From Vicugna vicugna (lineage: Eukaryota): a DNA stretch of 31,186 nucleotides. Within the stretch, counting starts at the first letter, position 1; every line of letters begins with the position of its first letter. Location: NCBI GenBank assembly GCA_013265495.1, contig MU057887.1, forward strand, positions 4,305,668-4,336,853, in the 5' to 3' direction. The notes below the pieces were generated by a model. That model was not told the DNA's origin and did no database searches. It was given only the letters and a program-made list of their open reading frames with translations. A program made the position numbers and the translations under genes. Of the stretch, positions 1 to 11,600 are shown one piece after another.

Positions 1-330
1 ATTAAAATAAAATGAAGTAGCACACACACCCTTCAGATTAGCAAAATTGAAAAAGTCATATGACACCAGATGTTGGAGATTTTGTGGAGCGACAGAAACT
101 CTTGTAGTGTCCTGGTAGGAGTGCAAATGTGATATAACTATTTTGAAGAGCAATTGGATTATCTCAGACTTTGAGTTAATCCTAAAACTTGGCAATTTCA
201 CCCCAAATCTAACAGGATGTGTGCCCAGGATAAGAAGAACAAAAATATTCACCGCAGTATTGTGTCTAATATAAAAATGATAATTTCATAAATGTTCTTC
301 AATAGAAGAATGGACAAATACATTTAGTAC
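1..330 (+). mobile_element. Old L1 fragment (end of ORF2 / start of 3' UTR)
   Basis: Diverged L1 motifs such as 'ggtaggagtgcaaatg..ataactattttgaagagcaattgg' and 'caatagaagaatggacaaata'. Confidence 0.75.
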
Positions 331-339
331 AATTTTTTT

Positions 340-470
340 TTAATTTACTGAGTGATTGTTATTTGCCAGATACTGTGCTAAGCACCATGAGATAACACTG
401 AACAAAACAGATGAAAATCCGTGTCTTCATTCAGTTTCCACTCTAGTGAGTGAAGATAGACAAACACGCT
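340..470 (-). mobile_element. L2 3' end fragment
   Basis: 'tttactgagtg..tgccagatactgtgctaagcac..gaacaaaacagatgaaaatcc..ctctagtg' matches the reverse L2 3' terminus. Confidence 0.75.
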
Positions 471-484
471 CTTAAAATATACAC

Positions 485-610
485 TGCCACATGTATGGTC
501 ACTGGATTTGAAACAAGAGCATTACTGCAATTCAGCGAGGTAAAGGATTGTTTTATAAATTAATGTTGTGGAAACAACTGGATATCTGTGTAGGGAAAAA
601 TGAACCTTGA
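485..610 (+). mobile_element. Old L1 ORF2 fragment
   Basis: 'atgttgtggaaacaactggatatctgtg..aaaaatgaaccttga' resembles the L1 ORF2 C-terminal region. Confidence 0.65.
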
Positions 611-1049
611 GGACATTACACAAAACGGTGGAGTAGGAAGTTCTAAGGATCACTCCCTTAACTGAAACAATGAGTAAACTAGAAAAAACTATCAGAATCA
701 ACTATTTCAGGCCTCTAGAACCTGACCGCACACAACCAGGAGAGTGCTGGATGAAAGGGGAGGGCTGACCCAGTGCAGAACAACGTGCGCGCGCACCAGC
801 ACCACCGCCTGCTCCTCAGCCCACGGCAGCTGTATGGTGCCCTGTTTCCAAGCGTCTGGCTGAGCAGCAGAGATACTGTCCTTGGAAAGTCAGGCCTGCA
901 TGTTTTGATCAGTTGGGTAGATCCCCGAGGAACAGGCCTCAGCTCTCTCAGGCTTCAGAGGCTTCCCCTGATGGCATCTATTGGGAATTTAAAGGGATAG
1001 GAATACCTCTTTTTTTTCTTTCCCTTTTTTTGGAGCCGAACACTTAAAA

Positions 1050-1167
1050 AAATTGGAGGGGGGATTAGATTTTTATTTATTTATTTATAATAGAGGTACT
1101 GGGGGTTGAACCCAGGACCTTGTGCATGCAAAGCACGTGCTCTACCACTGAGCTATACCCTCCCCCC
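1050..1167 (-). mobile_element. tRNA-derived SINE (camelid Vic-1-like)
   Basis: Reverse complement GGGGAGGGTATAGCTCAGTGGTAGAGCACGTGCTTTGCATGCACAAGGTCCTGGGTTCAACCCCCAGTACC has A and B boxes and a (TAAA)n tail. Degenerate TSD tggagccgaacacttaaa / tggagctgaatattaaa. Confidence 0.9.
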
Positions 1168-3095
1168 TGGAGCTGAATATTAAAGGAAACCTTTGTCAGA
1201 TCCCTGTCTGACCACAGATAATGGAACAGAAATGTCAGTGACCACACACAACAAGGAATACACGCTTTGCAAAAATAGTTAGAAAGAGTTACAAATGGAC
1301 ACTCCAGCACTGGACAAGCTGAAATTAGCCACCCTGGAGGAGTGGGAATGTCTGAATTCCAAAGTGATCACGTTAAAATACTCAGAATTCTAATTCTCAA
1401 CCAGAAAATTACAAGGCATACGAAGAAACAGGAAGGTATAGCCCATTCACGTGATAAAAAGAAGCTGACAGAAACAATCAATGAAGAAACCCAGATCTTG
1501 GAATTACTAGTCACAGACGTCAAATTAATTATCTTAAATATGCTCAAAAAGCTAAAGGAAATCATGGACAAAGACCTAAAGGAATTCAGAAAACAATATG
1601 TAAACAGAATGAGAGTGTTAATAAAAGATAGAAATTATGAAAAGAAACCAAACAGATATTCTAGAGCTGAAAAGTACAATACTTTAAATAAAAAACTCAC
1701 TAGAGAGTCAACAAAATATTTGAGCAGGAAGAGGAAAGGATCAGCAAACTTGAAGGCAGCAGAAATTATCCGGTCTGAGAAGGAGAGAAAAATGAGTAAG
1801 AATGACCAGTGCCTAAGGAGCCTGTGAGACAACATAAATCTCATCAGACATCACTGAGATCAGAAGGCAGTGGAATGACATATATAAAGACCTGGAAATA
1901 AAACCTGTCAACAAAGAATTCTATGTTCAGCAAACTATCCTTCAAGAATGAAGGAGAAAGTAAGACATTCCCAGATACGCACAAGCTGATGTAGACCTAC
2001 CAGTAGATCTGTCCTGTAAGAAATGGTAATGCGAGTCCTTTAGGTTGAAATGAAAGGACACGAGACAGTAACTTGAAGCCAGATGAAGACATAAAGATCT
2101 TCAGCAAAGGTAGGTACACAGGTAAACATAAAAAACCAGTATTCTTGTACTTTTGGTTTGTAACTCCTCTTTTTTGCTATATGACTTAAAAGACAATTAT
2201 GTAAGACTATAATGATTAATCTATGTTAATGAGCACTGAATGTATAAAGATGTAACTTGTGACAAGATAATATAAAGGGGAGGGACACAGGGACACGGGA
2301 GCAGAGTGTTTGTATACTACAATAACTGTATCTGTATCCAAATAGGTTGTTATAAATTTTAGGTGAAATGCACAAATTCCTAGAAACATAAAACTACCAA
2401 GCAAATTTAAGACAAAACAGAAAATCTGAGTAGACCTATACCAAGTAAGGAGATTATATCAGTATTCAAAAACCTCCAATAAGGAAAAGCCTGGGACTGG
2501 ATATTTTCACTGGTGAATTCTATCAACCATTTAATGAACACCAATCCTTCTTAAACTCTTCCCAAAAACTGAAGAGGAGGGAACACTTCATAATTCTTTT
2601 TACGAGGGCAGCATTACCCTGATTCCAAAGCCAGACAATGACAGTGCTAGAAAAGAAAACTACAGGCCAATATCCCTTATCCCTTATGGATTTAGTTGTA
2701 AAAATCCTCAAAAAACCCACTAGCAAACTAAATCATATTAAGAGGATTATTATACATCATGACCAAGGGAGATCTATTCTCAGAATATGAGTGGTTCAAC
2801 TTCAGAACACTAATCAAACATATCATATGAACAGAATGAAGGAAAAATCCTACATATTCGTCTCAGTAAAGGCAGAAAAAGCATTTCACAAAAACCAACA
2901 CCACTGCATGACAAAAACACTCAATAAATTAGGAACAGAAGGTAATTACTTCAATAAGATAAAGGCCATATATGAAAAACCCAGTTAACATCATACTCAA
3001 TTGTGAAAGAATGAACGCTTTCACAGAAATACAAGAAGGCTGCCTGCTTTCACCACTTCCACTCAACACTGTACTGGAAGTTCTAGCCAGAGCAC

Positions 3096-3625
3096 TGTGA
3101 TGATGACATAGTTATTCTGAGTTGCTGCCTAGGCATTTTACAGTTTGATAACCCTGCTCACACCTAGAGTCTGGATCTTTAGATAAGGACCTAAGTTTAG
3201 GATTCCCACAAGTTCCTGCCTTGCTTTTCCCAGGGCACCTTTAAAAATAAACATGTAGAGTTGAGGCCAAGAAAAGTTAGCGACCTCTGCCCCAACCACC
3301 TTGTAAGTAACAGGTGCTTACTACCCTGCTCTCAAATCTCTTGCTCATTCGTGACCTGGGACAGAAGACTGCCCTTCTCCTGACTCACTGCCCACCTGTC
3401 TATGGGATCTGTAAGTAATAAATCTTGTGACTTTACTTCCTTTGCATGGATGTACTGAAACTGTGCCTTCAATTGAAACAATCCCAGGGTTTTCCCAAGG
3501 TGGGAGCTCAGATGCTGAGGGAGCTATCTGTTATCCCTGTGTGGGTGGCTTGTGCCTCCTCATTCAGTAGTCATAATCTGCATATTCTTAACTGAATACA
3601 CCACCTATTGGAGGCTCCCAACACA
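3096..3625 (+). mobile_element. Solo LTR (530 bp) inserted in L1 ORF2
   Basis: TG...CA termini, perfect 5-bp TSD AGCAC (3091-3095, 3626-3630), AATAAA near 3417. The L1 sequence resumes seamlessly across the insertion (ctagccagagcac|ctagacaagaaaagg). Confidence 0.9.
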
Positions 3626-4721
3626 AGCACCTAGACAAGAAAAGGAAATAAAAGGCATCCAAATTGGAAAGGTGAAAGTAAACTTACATCTGTTCCAAGA
3701 TAGCAGGGTCTTATATGTAGAAGACTCTAAAGAATCCACAAAAAACTATTAGTGCAATAAACAAATTCAGCAGAGTTGCGGGATATAAAAGATACACAAA
3801 CAAATCAACTGTATTTCTATACACTAGCAGTGAACAATATGAAAAGGAAATCTAGTCAAGGAGACGTAAGACTTACATACTGAAACCACAAAACACTGCT
3901 GAAAGAAATTAAAGGAAGACATAAATAAATGGAAAGACATCAGTGTTCACGGACTTGAAGACTTAATGTTGTTCAGTAGATAACACTACCCAAAGCAAAC
4001 TACTGATTCAATGCACTCCCTGTCAAAATCCCAATGACAGTATTTGCAGAACTAAAAAAATACACCCCCAAATTCATGTGGAATTTAAAGGTATCACAAG
4101 TAGCTAAAACAATACTGTGAAGGAATAGCAAAGTTGAGAGACTCATAATTCCTCAAGTACAAAACTTAATACAAAGCTACAATAACGAGAACTGTGCAGT
4201 ATTGGCATAAATATGGACATATAGACGAACTGAGAACCCACAAATAAACTCTCACATATATGGTCGGTCAATTGATTTTTGAACTGGTGCCAAGACCATT
4301 CAGTGGGAAAAGAATAGTCTCTTAAACAAATGTTGCTGGGAAAACTGGATATCCATATGCCAAAGAATAAAGATGAACCCTACCTCACATCATAGAGAAA
4401 AGTTAATTCAAAATGGATCCAAGGCCTAAACTTAAGAGCTAAAACTATAAAACTGTTAGAAGAAAACATATGCGCAAATGTTCACGGCCTTAGATTTGGC
4501 AGCGTTTTCTTAAATAACACCAAAAGCATAGGCAATAAAGGGGAAAAACAGATAAACTGGACTTCACCCAAATCAACAACTTGTACAAGAAAGGACACTA
4601 CCAAGAGAGCACAAAGATAACCCACAGAATAGAATAAAATATTTACAAATCATATATCTGATAAAAGTTTAATATGCATTAAATATAAAGAACTCCTATA
4701 ACACAAAAACAAAAATCCAAT

Positions 4722-5003
4722 AAAGAAGGGAGTCAAAAGGTACAAACTTCCAGTTATGAGTAAGTTCTGAAAATGCAATGCACAGCATGATGACTATAGT
4801 TAACAATATTATATTATATACTTGAAAGTTGCTAAACGATTAAATTTTCAATGTTCTCACCACACACCTAAAAGGGTAACTGTGTGAAGTGATAAATGTG
4901 TTAACTAAACTTATAGTGGTAATCATTTCACAATATATACATATATCACATCACCATGTTGTGCACCTTAACAATGTTATATATTACATCTCAAGAAAGC
5001 TTG
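4722..5003 (+). mobile_element. L1MA-type 3' UTR end
   Basis: 'aaaaggtacaaacttccagttat..cagcatgatgactatagttaacaat..ttgaaagttgcta..gtggtaatcatttcacaatatatac' is typical of L1MA8-10 3' ends. Confidence 0.85.
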
Positions 5004-5029
5004 ACACAATTTTCTATTTAAAAAAATTT

Positions 5030-5285
5030 GAAACATTGATTTGATTAACATTAAGTGCTTCTGCTCATCAAAATACATCAATAGAGTGAAAAGCCAAATA
5101 AAGGTCCAGAATGTATGAAGATACTCCTTCGAGTCAATAATAAAAAGACAAACAATCCAATAAAAATGGGCAACAGACCTAAAAAGGCATTTTACAAGAG
5201 GGAATCCAAATAGCCAATAAGCACCAATAAGTGAAAAGGTACTCAACATAATTAGCCACCAGTGAAACGTAAAATTAAAAGTCGC
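5030..5285 (+). mobile_element. Old L1 ORF2 C-terminal fragment
   Basis: 'acaaacaatccaataaaaatgggcaacagacct..aaatagccaataagcac..aaaggtactcaacat'. Confidence 0.75.
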
Positions 5286-5444
5286 TACAGAAACTCTTAA
5301 ACATAATATTTATCTATCTATATGAATGATTAAATTGATGATTGTGTTGGTTCAATGTTTTATTACTTTACTACTTTCTTCCCTGCTTGATCCATTGATT
5401 ACTGAGAGGAGTGTCTATTCTGATTCAGTTAAGATATCAGTCAG

Positions 5445-5606
5445 GGGAGAGGATATAGCTCAAGTGGTAGAGTGGCATGCTTAGCATGCACAAGGTCCTA
5501 GGTTCAATCACCAGTACCTCCTCTAAAAACTAACTAAATAAGCAAACCTAATTATCACCCCTCCCCAGCAAAAAAACAAACAAATAAAATGCTTAGGGGA
5601 AAAAAA
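5445..5606 (+). mobile_element. tRNA-derived SINE (camelid Vic-1-like)
   Basis: GGGGAGAGGATATAGCTCAAGTGGTAGAG..GGTTCAATCACCAGTACC head and A-rich tail. 14-bp TSD aagatatcagtcag (5431-5444) / aagatattagtcag (5607-5620). Confidence 0.93.
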
Positions 5607-5620
5607 AAGATATTAGTCAG

Positions 5621-5890
5621 ACTTGGTCACTCCTTCGAACCATCCAATGGTTTCCCATTTCCTTCAGATCAAAGCCTCCTGAGCCCTCTAGCCCTACCAC
5701 TGACTCTGCTGCTTCCCCTCTTCTCTTCTCTCCTATTCTCTTTCTGTTGCTCCCTCTGTCTCAGCCACTAGCCATTTACTCTTCTTGAAATGCTCCTTCC
5801 CAGGATAACTGTAAGGCCTCCTCCCTTGCCTTCTTCAAGTCTTTGCTTAAATATCACCTTTACAAATAGGCCTGCGCTAACCACTCTACA
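5621..5890 (+). mobile_element. L2 fragment
   Basis: 'ccaatggtttcccatt..aaagcc' and 'ttcttcaagtctttgcttaaatatcacctt..aggcct..aaccactcta'. Confidence 0.7.
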
Positions 5891-7084
5891 GTACAACTGC
5901 ACTTTTCCCCCATATATTTTTAAGGGTCACGTCTTATCTGTCTGTCTGACAACTTAATACACTCTAGCCATGATTTTACATGTCTGAGATTTAAACTGCA
6001 GCTTCTCTTGTAAAGGGCGGTAGAATTCATTCATAACTAAAAACTGAAAAGAAATACCATCCATATTATAAAAAGAAAATAGACCACCTTTTTAGATGGA
6101 AGTAGAAAATCACACAATGAAACTACTATAGCCACAGAGGTTAAGAGGGCAATGAAAAAGACCTGTGCTTGCAACACTGTCTTAAGAAATCATATGCTCA
6201 GAAAAAGGAAGAGCAGAGATTGAGAAACATGTCTCATCAGAGCAGGAGCAGCAAACGAGTGAAAACAAAGGCAGAGAGGGGTTTTCTTAAGGAAAGGCTG
6301 GCCTCTGGAAGACAGGCCTGAAGAGAGACAAACGAACCCCGGAGGCTCATTCTCTCTCAACTTTCAGGAGGTGAGCAAAAGCCAGCTTTGCAGGCCTGAA
6401 TTCAAAAGAAGAGCAGGTGTACCCCCTGGAAGCCCCAGAAAGCTCCAGCTGCTACAGGGTCACAAAGAAGGGTCCCTACCCTTCCTTCCCCAAGTATTTA
6501 GAGGATTACGGCACCACATCCCTCTCTGGAGGCCCCTCCTGTGAGGCGTCCAGAGCACCTGCTCCTGCCCTAGGGGACAGCAAGAACCTGGGACACGGGG
6601 AGTGCTGTGTATTTTCTGCTCATAAAACTTCCCCTAGTTGACTTGTTTTTACTTACACTATGTGGGCTTAGCAGGGTGTGTGCCTTTGCCCTCTTTGTAC
6701 AATGATGGACAGTTATGAAGGGGAAAATGACATTGTAAAGGCCAAGATAGACAGCTATCAAAGAAAAAGGGCAAAGCATCTGAATCCAATTACTCTTAAA
6801 AGGAACTAGAGAAGGCCTTATCTTGTTATCAAGCAGAAAGAACACCTGGGGTCCAAAGAAATCTGTAAGAAGGAGGAAGGTAAAGCCTGGAAGAGCCCGG
6901 AGCGGCTCCCCAGGGGGAAGATGGCTTCTGGAGCTGCAGAGAGAAGCCACAGTAAGAGCACGGTTACCTCTCAGAATTGGGCCAGCAATACTCAGTGGTA
7001 CAGAAAACGGGAAGAAGAAGCATGGCATACTGGCTACGTCTCCAGGTGGCCTGGCTGTAAGTGGGAACAGAGTGAGGGGCCCTC

Positions 7085-7142
7085 AACTATCACCTAGAAC
7101 AGGGTCTGACCCTGGGAGCACTCGTGCTTGTTGAGTGAACGT
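7085..7142 (+). mobile_element. L2 3' terminal fragment
   Basis: 'cacctagaacagggtctgaccctgggagcactc..gcttgttgagtgaa'. Confidence 0.5.
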
Positions 7143-8653
7143 CCGTTAAAGGGATCCAGGCAGGACGACCGGATCATAAGCTCAACAGGCCACGTGTTGG
7201 GGGGGGAGGACATCTGGCAGCTGTAGAGGTGGCACATGCAGGAATGGAGGAAAAGCCCCCTCAGGAGGTCTGAGGGCACTGCTCGCAAGCACGGAGCGGC
7301 TGCATCACTAAAGCCCATTGTCGATGGAGGCTTGAGGAGCCAGAAACACAGGCCCAAAGAAGAAACGGACACAGGAAGCATGAATGTGCTGCTTGAGAAT
7401 GAAAGGCACCCCCCACCTATTCCAAGAAGGCCTGGTGATTGGGGCTGCCACTACTACAAATTTCTAAATTGTGCAAGGCAGCAGCATTGCCTCCAAACCA
7501 CTATCCAGAGCTGAGGCTGGGCAGATGCCCTCCAGGTGTGATGAATACAGGTGTTGGTACCTTCTCAATAGTTTTCTCCCAAATGAGTTTGGATTCACAA
7601 GTTGGAGATACTGAAAACTGGCACAGGATTCTTAAGTTCCAGTGAAACTGAACCAAGATTTTCTCACTTGCCCACCTTCCCTCAGATACACTGTGTTTTC
7701 ATTATGGTCTTTGCTTCTGGGACAGGTCCTTGCCTGAGACACTGTTAGGTGCCAGGGACTGGCTTCTTTTCTAAATGTTGTGGTTGTAGAGGCCCAAGGC
7801 TGTGGTAATTTTTGAGGTCCTGTTGACTACTTGGATTCTTACTTTTTGTTGCTGTTTTAAGTGAGGCTTATAAGAGACTGGCGTTGAATTTGGGGGCTGG
7901 GTGGCTCTGGGGCAGCAGGCCAGCCACATTCTGCAGCACCTTTATTGCTCTCTGCCTGCCTGCCAGTCCCTTCTCTGTTGGTTCTAAACTTGGGTGGGGA
8001 CAAAGCGTGTTATTTACTGTATAATCTCCCCAGAGGAAAACACTCGACCTCACGTGTACTGTGTAGGCATGTTGTTGAGGATGGACAAAGCAACTATAAA
8101 ATACTCAACTAGAGCTGCAGTGTGTGCACACAGGGTGCAGCAGAGAGAGTGAAGGTGAGTTCATGAAGATGGCATAAAAACTAACAAAGCCCCTAGAGAA
8201 TTTTCACAGCTACCTGAGTCTAAGGATATGTTAATAAAAGAAAAAAGTAGAAAACAAGGTGGAACTGGGGCACCTGGGAGATAAGACTAAACCAGGCATC
8301 AGGTCAGTATAACCCCATCCTGTAAAGGCAGAAATGGATGTGTGCCCCCAGTAGTCCAACACAGTGAGAAACAGGATCACAACTTGTGGAGACCAGCAGC
8401 CAGCACTGCAGAACCTCCCTTCAAGTCTCTAGGGGGGAGTTCCACACCTGTGCACATAGGCACTGATGTCAATTAAAAGAATGAGCCATGCTTTAAGCTA
8501 ATTAGCCGTCATTTCTATCCAGTCTTCCCAGTTCAGTGAGTTCTGCCAACAAAGCATCTTCAGCACTTTCTTCAACCTGTTACTGCCTGTGCTGGTCATA
8601 CTTCTCACTTGTTTCTCTGCATTCCCACTGTTCCCACTTTGCAATCTCTCAGC

Positions 8654-8689
8654 CCACACACCACACACCACACACCACACACCACACAC
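8654..8689. repeat. (CCACACA)5 microsatellite
   Basis: Directly visible 7-bp tandem repeat. Confidence 0.9.
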
Positions 8690-9023
8690 AGGAATATCCC
8701 AGGTCTCACCTCCTCACCAGGACTGCTTCAGTAGTCTCTAAAGTGACCTGTCCCACACCTTCTGCCAGGACTCATGGAAAAAGCTCAATTTCCTCAGTCC
8801 TATCACTTGTCTCCCCCTACCCCCACCCCTGCCACTCACACACACAGAGCTGCTGTGTGATGCCCCCTTGTTTCCCCCATGCAGACCTGGGCTCCAGCCA
8901 AGACTACTCTTTCACCACTCCCATAGAAGCCATGCTCCTCTGTGCCTCTGTGCCTCTGGAGGATTTTTCTAATAATCCAGACCCACTCTGAGCCTGGCTT
9001 TTCTTCCTGATCTCCCAACATAC

Positions 9024-9130
9024 TTGGACTTGCCCACAGCGCTGTCCCCCAGGCAGATGATTTTCACATTGTCATCAGCATCGTATTTCTCCTGGTCCAG
9101 CTCATAGGGTTTGGCTTTGTCCCCGGCCAT
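9024..9130 (-). CDS. RABL2B: RABL2 (Rab-like protein 2 GTPase) first coding exon, 107 bp of CDS ending in phase 2
   Basis: Translates to MAGDKAKPYELDQEKYDADDNVKIICLGDSAVGKS(K), near-identical to the human RABL2A/B N-terminus, with P-loop GDSAVGKS. Donor AA|GTATGT at 9023. Too short to appear in the ORF track. Confidence 0.97.
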
Positions 9131-9186
9131 TGGGTCCTGGCTGTAGAAAGGGGATCAGCTCACGGGAGGGGGGGTCTCGTCACTGT
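9131..9186 (-). other. RABL2B: 5' UTR part of the RABL2 first coding exon
   Basis: Acceptor ctcttcttgatcttcccag|ACAG at 9187/9186. Alternative AGs would start the exon at 9182 or 9140. Confidence 0.7.
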
Positions 9187-9494
9187 CTGGGAAGATCAAG
9201 AAGAGGCTGTTGTTAAAGAGATGAGAAGTCTCCTCAACTGAATCTACTTCCTTTTCCTGGACAGAGGAGACAATGAGCTCATGAGAGGGGCCCAAGGACA
9301 CACTTATATCCTTCACTATTCACCACCAAGCTGGCTAGCACTTGCTGAACCATGGGGCTGTGATCTTGTCTCCACCAAGATCTTCATAGGATGCTTTACA
9401 CCATGTCATCTCTTTACTGCAGCTATGCTCAGGACCACAACTCCCAGCCCCACCTGGAGACACAGTATTCTAAAGCCATGTTGAAGCTTTACAA

Positions 9495-9580
9495 GTTTTA
9501 TACACATACGTTTTCTCATTTGTGAAACAGGGACAAAAACCAGTGCCCATCACATGACTGATGTGAGACATTGTCTGACA
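9495..9580 (+). mobile_element. MIR core fragment
   Basis: 'gttttctcatttgtgaaacagggac..tgtgagacatt'. Confidence 0.55.
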
Positions 9581-9784
9581 AACAGACAGGGCTCTGTAAG
9601 CCTGAATTCTCATTACTGAATGACAGATCACACAGCCAAAGATGCCTAACCTGTGTTCCTGATCTTCTACCTCATGCCTCTAATCTCCACTTCATTTTCC
9701 ATCCTACTTCAATCAGTAGCTGCCTTTTTCTCTCTAAACCCAGGCATTCCCCAGACCCTCTTCTCTGGGGTTATTTCAACCTCT

Positions 9785-10060
9785 ACTAGTGTCAATAATC
9801 TCCTAAATGCTGATGATGCCAAATCTGTATCTCCACCTAGATCGCCTTCCTCAGTGCCAGACTCAGGTATGCAACTGCCTAGCAGATTCTGACTAGCACA
9901 CTATTCTACACAGGCCTAAATAACATGTGAAAACACAAAACTGAAGCCCTGCCCACCCCAAAGTCATTCCTCACATTCCTCGCCTGTACAAGACATCATT
10001 AGCCACCCAATGCCAACATCTAGGCGTAACATAATCTCTAGCTGTATTCCACTATCCTCA
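9785..10060 (+). mobile_element. L2 fragment
   Basis: 'aatgctgatgatgccaaatctgtatctccacctaga..ccagactc..caactgccta..aacatgt..aaaactgaa'. Confidence 0.6.
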
Positions 10061-10859
10061 GGCACAAATGTAACTTTACAAACACTACTGAGAATGTGCC
10101 ACAGTCCACACTCCAAGCTAACTAGGCACGGAACCGATGCAATGACAAGGCAGCAGCAGTACCGCACTTACTGAGCACCCACCACAGGCAGAGCTTGCAC
10201 CTGGCTCATAGGATCCCAAACACGACGGCAGAGTCTACTGTGGCAAGAGCTATGACTGATGTGTCCACAAGGGTGGAAAATACCAACAGGACCCCCGAAT
10301 TTCCCTGACTGCAATGCTATTGCCTCTGCTCAGGTAGGGACTCAGCCTCCTTTACCGAGATACCCTCAGCTTCAAAACCAGTGACTGCGGAGCAGTGACT
10401 GGGAAGTGGCAGATGCTTGGTTCGCATAGTGAGGGGCTGCCCCTTCCACCTCCACCCTGCGGCTGGAGCGATCGTTCGAAAGCCAAACGCAGCCAAATCC
10501 ATTCTCGAAGACCTCCAATGGCTGTCGAGGTCCTCGCGACCCAGTGGGTAAGCTCTTTCCCACTTAAGTAGTTTGGGGCACCGAACAGGTCTGGGAACAC
10601 CTCACCTCCGCAGCCAGCCTAGGCTGCCCTCGCCCCCGCACCGCCGCGCGAGCCTACCGTCCCGTTCTCCGCCCCCCGAGGCTTTGGAGGGCGGGTCCCA
10701 CATGCGAGACTGACGTCTCCCACACGCCTTCTCGGGCGCTCCCGGGAAGGAGGCTGGAGACCACGGGAGCCGCAGGTCGGCCTGCCCACGGCCAGCCAAC
10801 CCCGGATCCCGCGCCCCGCGAGGACCCCGCGAATGAAGCGGGGTACCGCCGCGCCTCAC

Positions 10860-11000
10860 TCGGTTCCGGCTCTGCCAGCGTCCTCGCAGCTGCTACGCAA
10901 CCGCGCAAGGACCCCGGAAGGGCTGCCCGGCCCAAGGCCTGAAGGACCCCGCCGGGCGCTGGCTGGCTAGTGCAGTGCCGGGCGAGAGTGGCGCCTGCGA
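10860..11000 (-). other. RABL2B: Probable RABL2 non-coding exon 1 (start approximate)
   Basis: Donor CGA|GTGAGG at 10859 inside the CpG island upstream of the coding exon. A second donor GAG|GTGAGG lies at 10605. Confidence 0.55.
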
Positions 11001-11444
11001 GTGAGCATCGGGATCCGGCTGGCCTGGGGCTGCCAACAGCCGGGAGTCTGCGGTGGCCTTGGGCCCGGGGACTCAGCCGGGGTTCAAGCGGCCGTCGGCC
11101 CCGGGCGTGGCTGGGCAGCGGGGGTCTGGGGAAGCGGCCTGGGGCCTCCCATGCGCGGGTGCTGGGGGGCAGGCGTGGGGCTGAGCCTCAGGAGTGAGGA
11201 GTCCGCACGTGTCGGTGCCCACGTGCGGGGGCTTCTTGGGGGTGATGGAGGGGCGGGGCCTCGTGTGTGGGAGGCATATGACCCGGCGACTGCTAAAGTT
11301 TTGTAATTCTGCAGTGGGCGATTTGAACATTTTTTTTTTAATAACTCGTTTGTTGTTATCCAAAGATGGAGCCAGCCGGGAGTGGGCCAGATTTGTCAGC
11401 GAACTTAGTCTCCCTTCCACGCAGGCCAGCAGGGGAACGCTGGC

Positions 11445-11600
11445 TCCGGGGCATTCAGTGACTTATTCAGGAAGGAATTGAGAGGGCAGCCGTGGGCTGT
11501 GGAGAGCAAAACAGAGCTGCCTTCTTGGAGCTGACCTTCCGGTGGGACAGACACGTGTAAATCAAATAGTTGTACCAACACAATTACAAGCATGTCCTCC
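11445..11600 (-). mobile_element. Degenerate L2 3' fragment splitting the CpG island
   Basis: 'agcaaaacagagctgccttcttggagctgaccttccggtgggacagaca..aaat' resembles the reverse L2 end. Confidence 0.5.

Larger units (their letters stand above)
611..4720 (+). mobile_element. Decayed long L1M element: 5' UTR, ORF1 remnant (about 1340-2110), inter-ORF spacer and ORF2 RT/C-terminal remnant (about 2365-4720). The endonuclease part appears deleted. Interrupted by a SINE and an LTR.
   Basis: ORF 1342..1827 is a Lys/Glu-rich ORF1p-like coiled coil. 'aaactatccttcaagaatgaaggagaa' matches the ORF1 C-terminus. 'ttcactggtgaattctatcaa', 'gaggccagcattaccctgat'-like and 'aaggaaataaaaggcatccaaattgg' match ORF2 RT. 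Many stops and frameshifts. Confidence 0.9.

Noticed and set aside
1092..1167. tRNA-Ala-like genes here and at 5445-5520
   Set aside because: A-rich tails, TSDs and imperfect stems mark them as SINEs
1342..1827. 161-aa ORF as a host gene
   Set aside because: Frameshifted L1 ORF1 remnant
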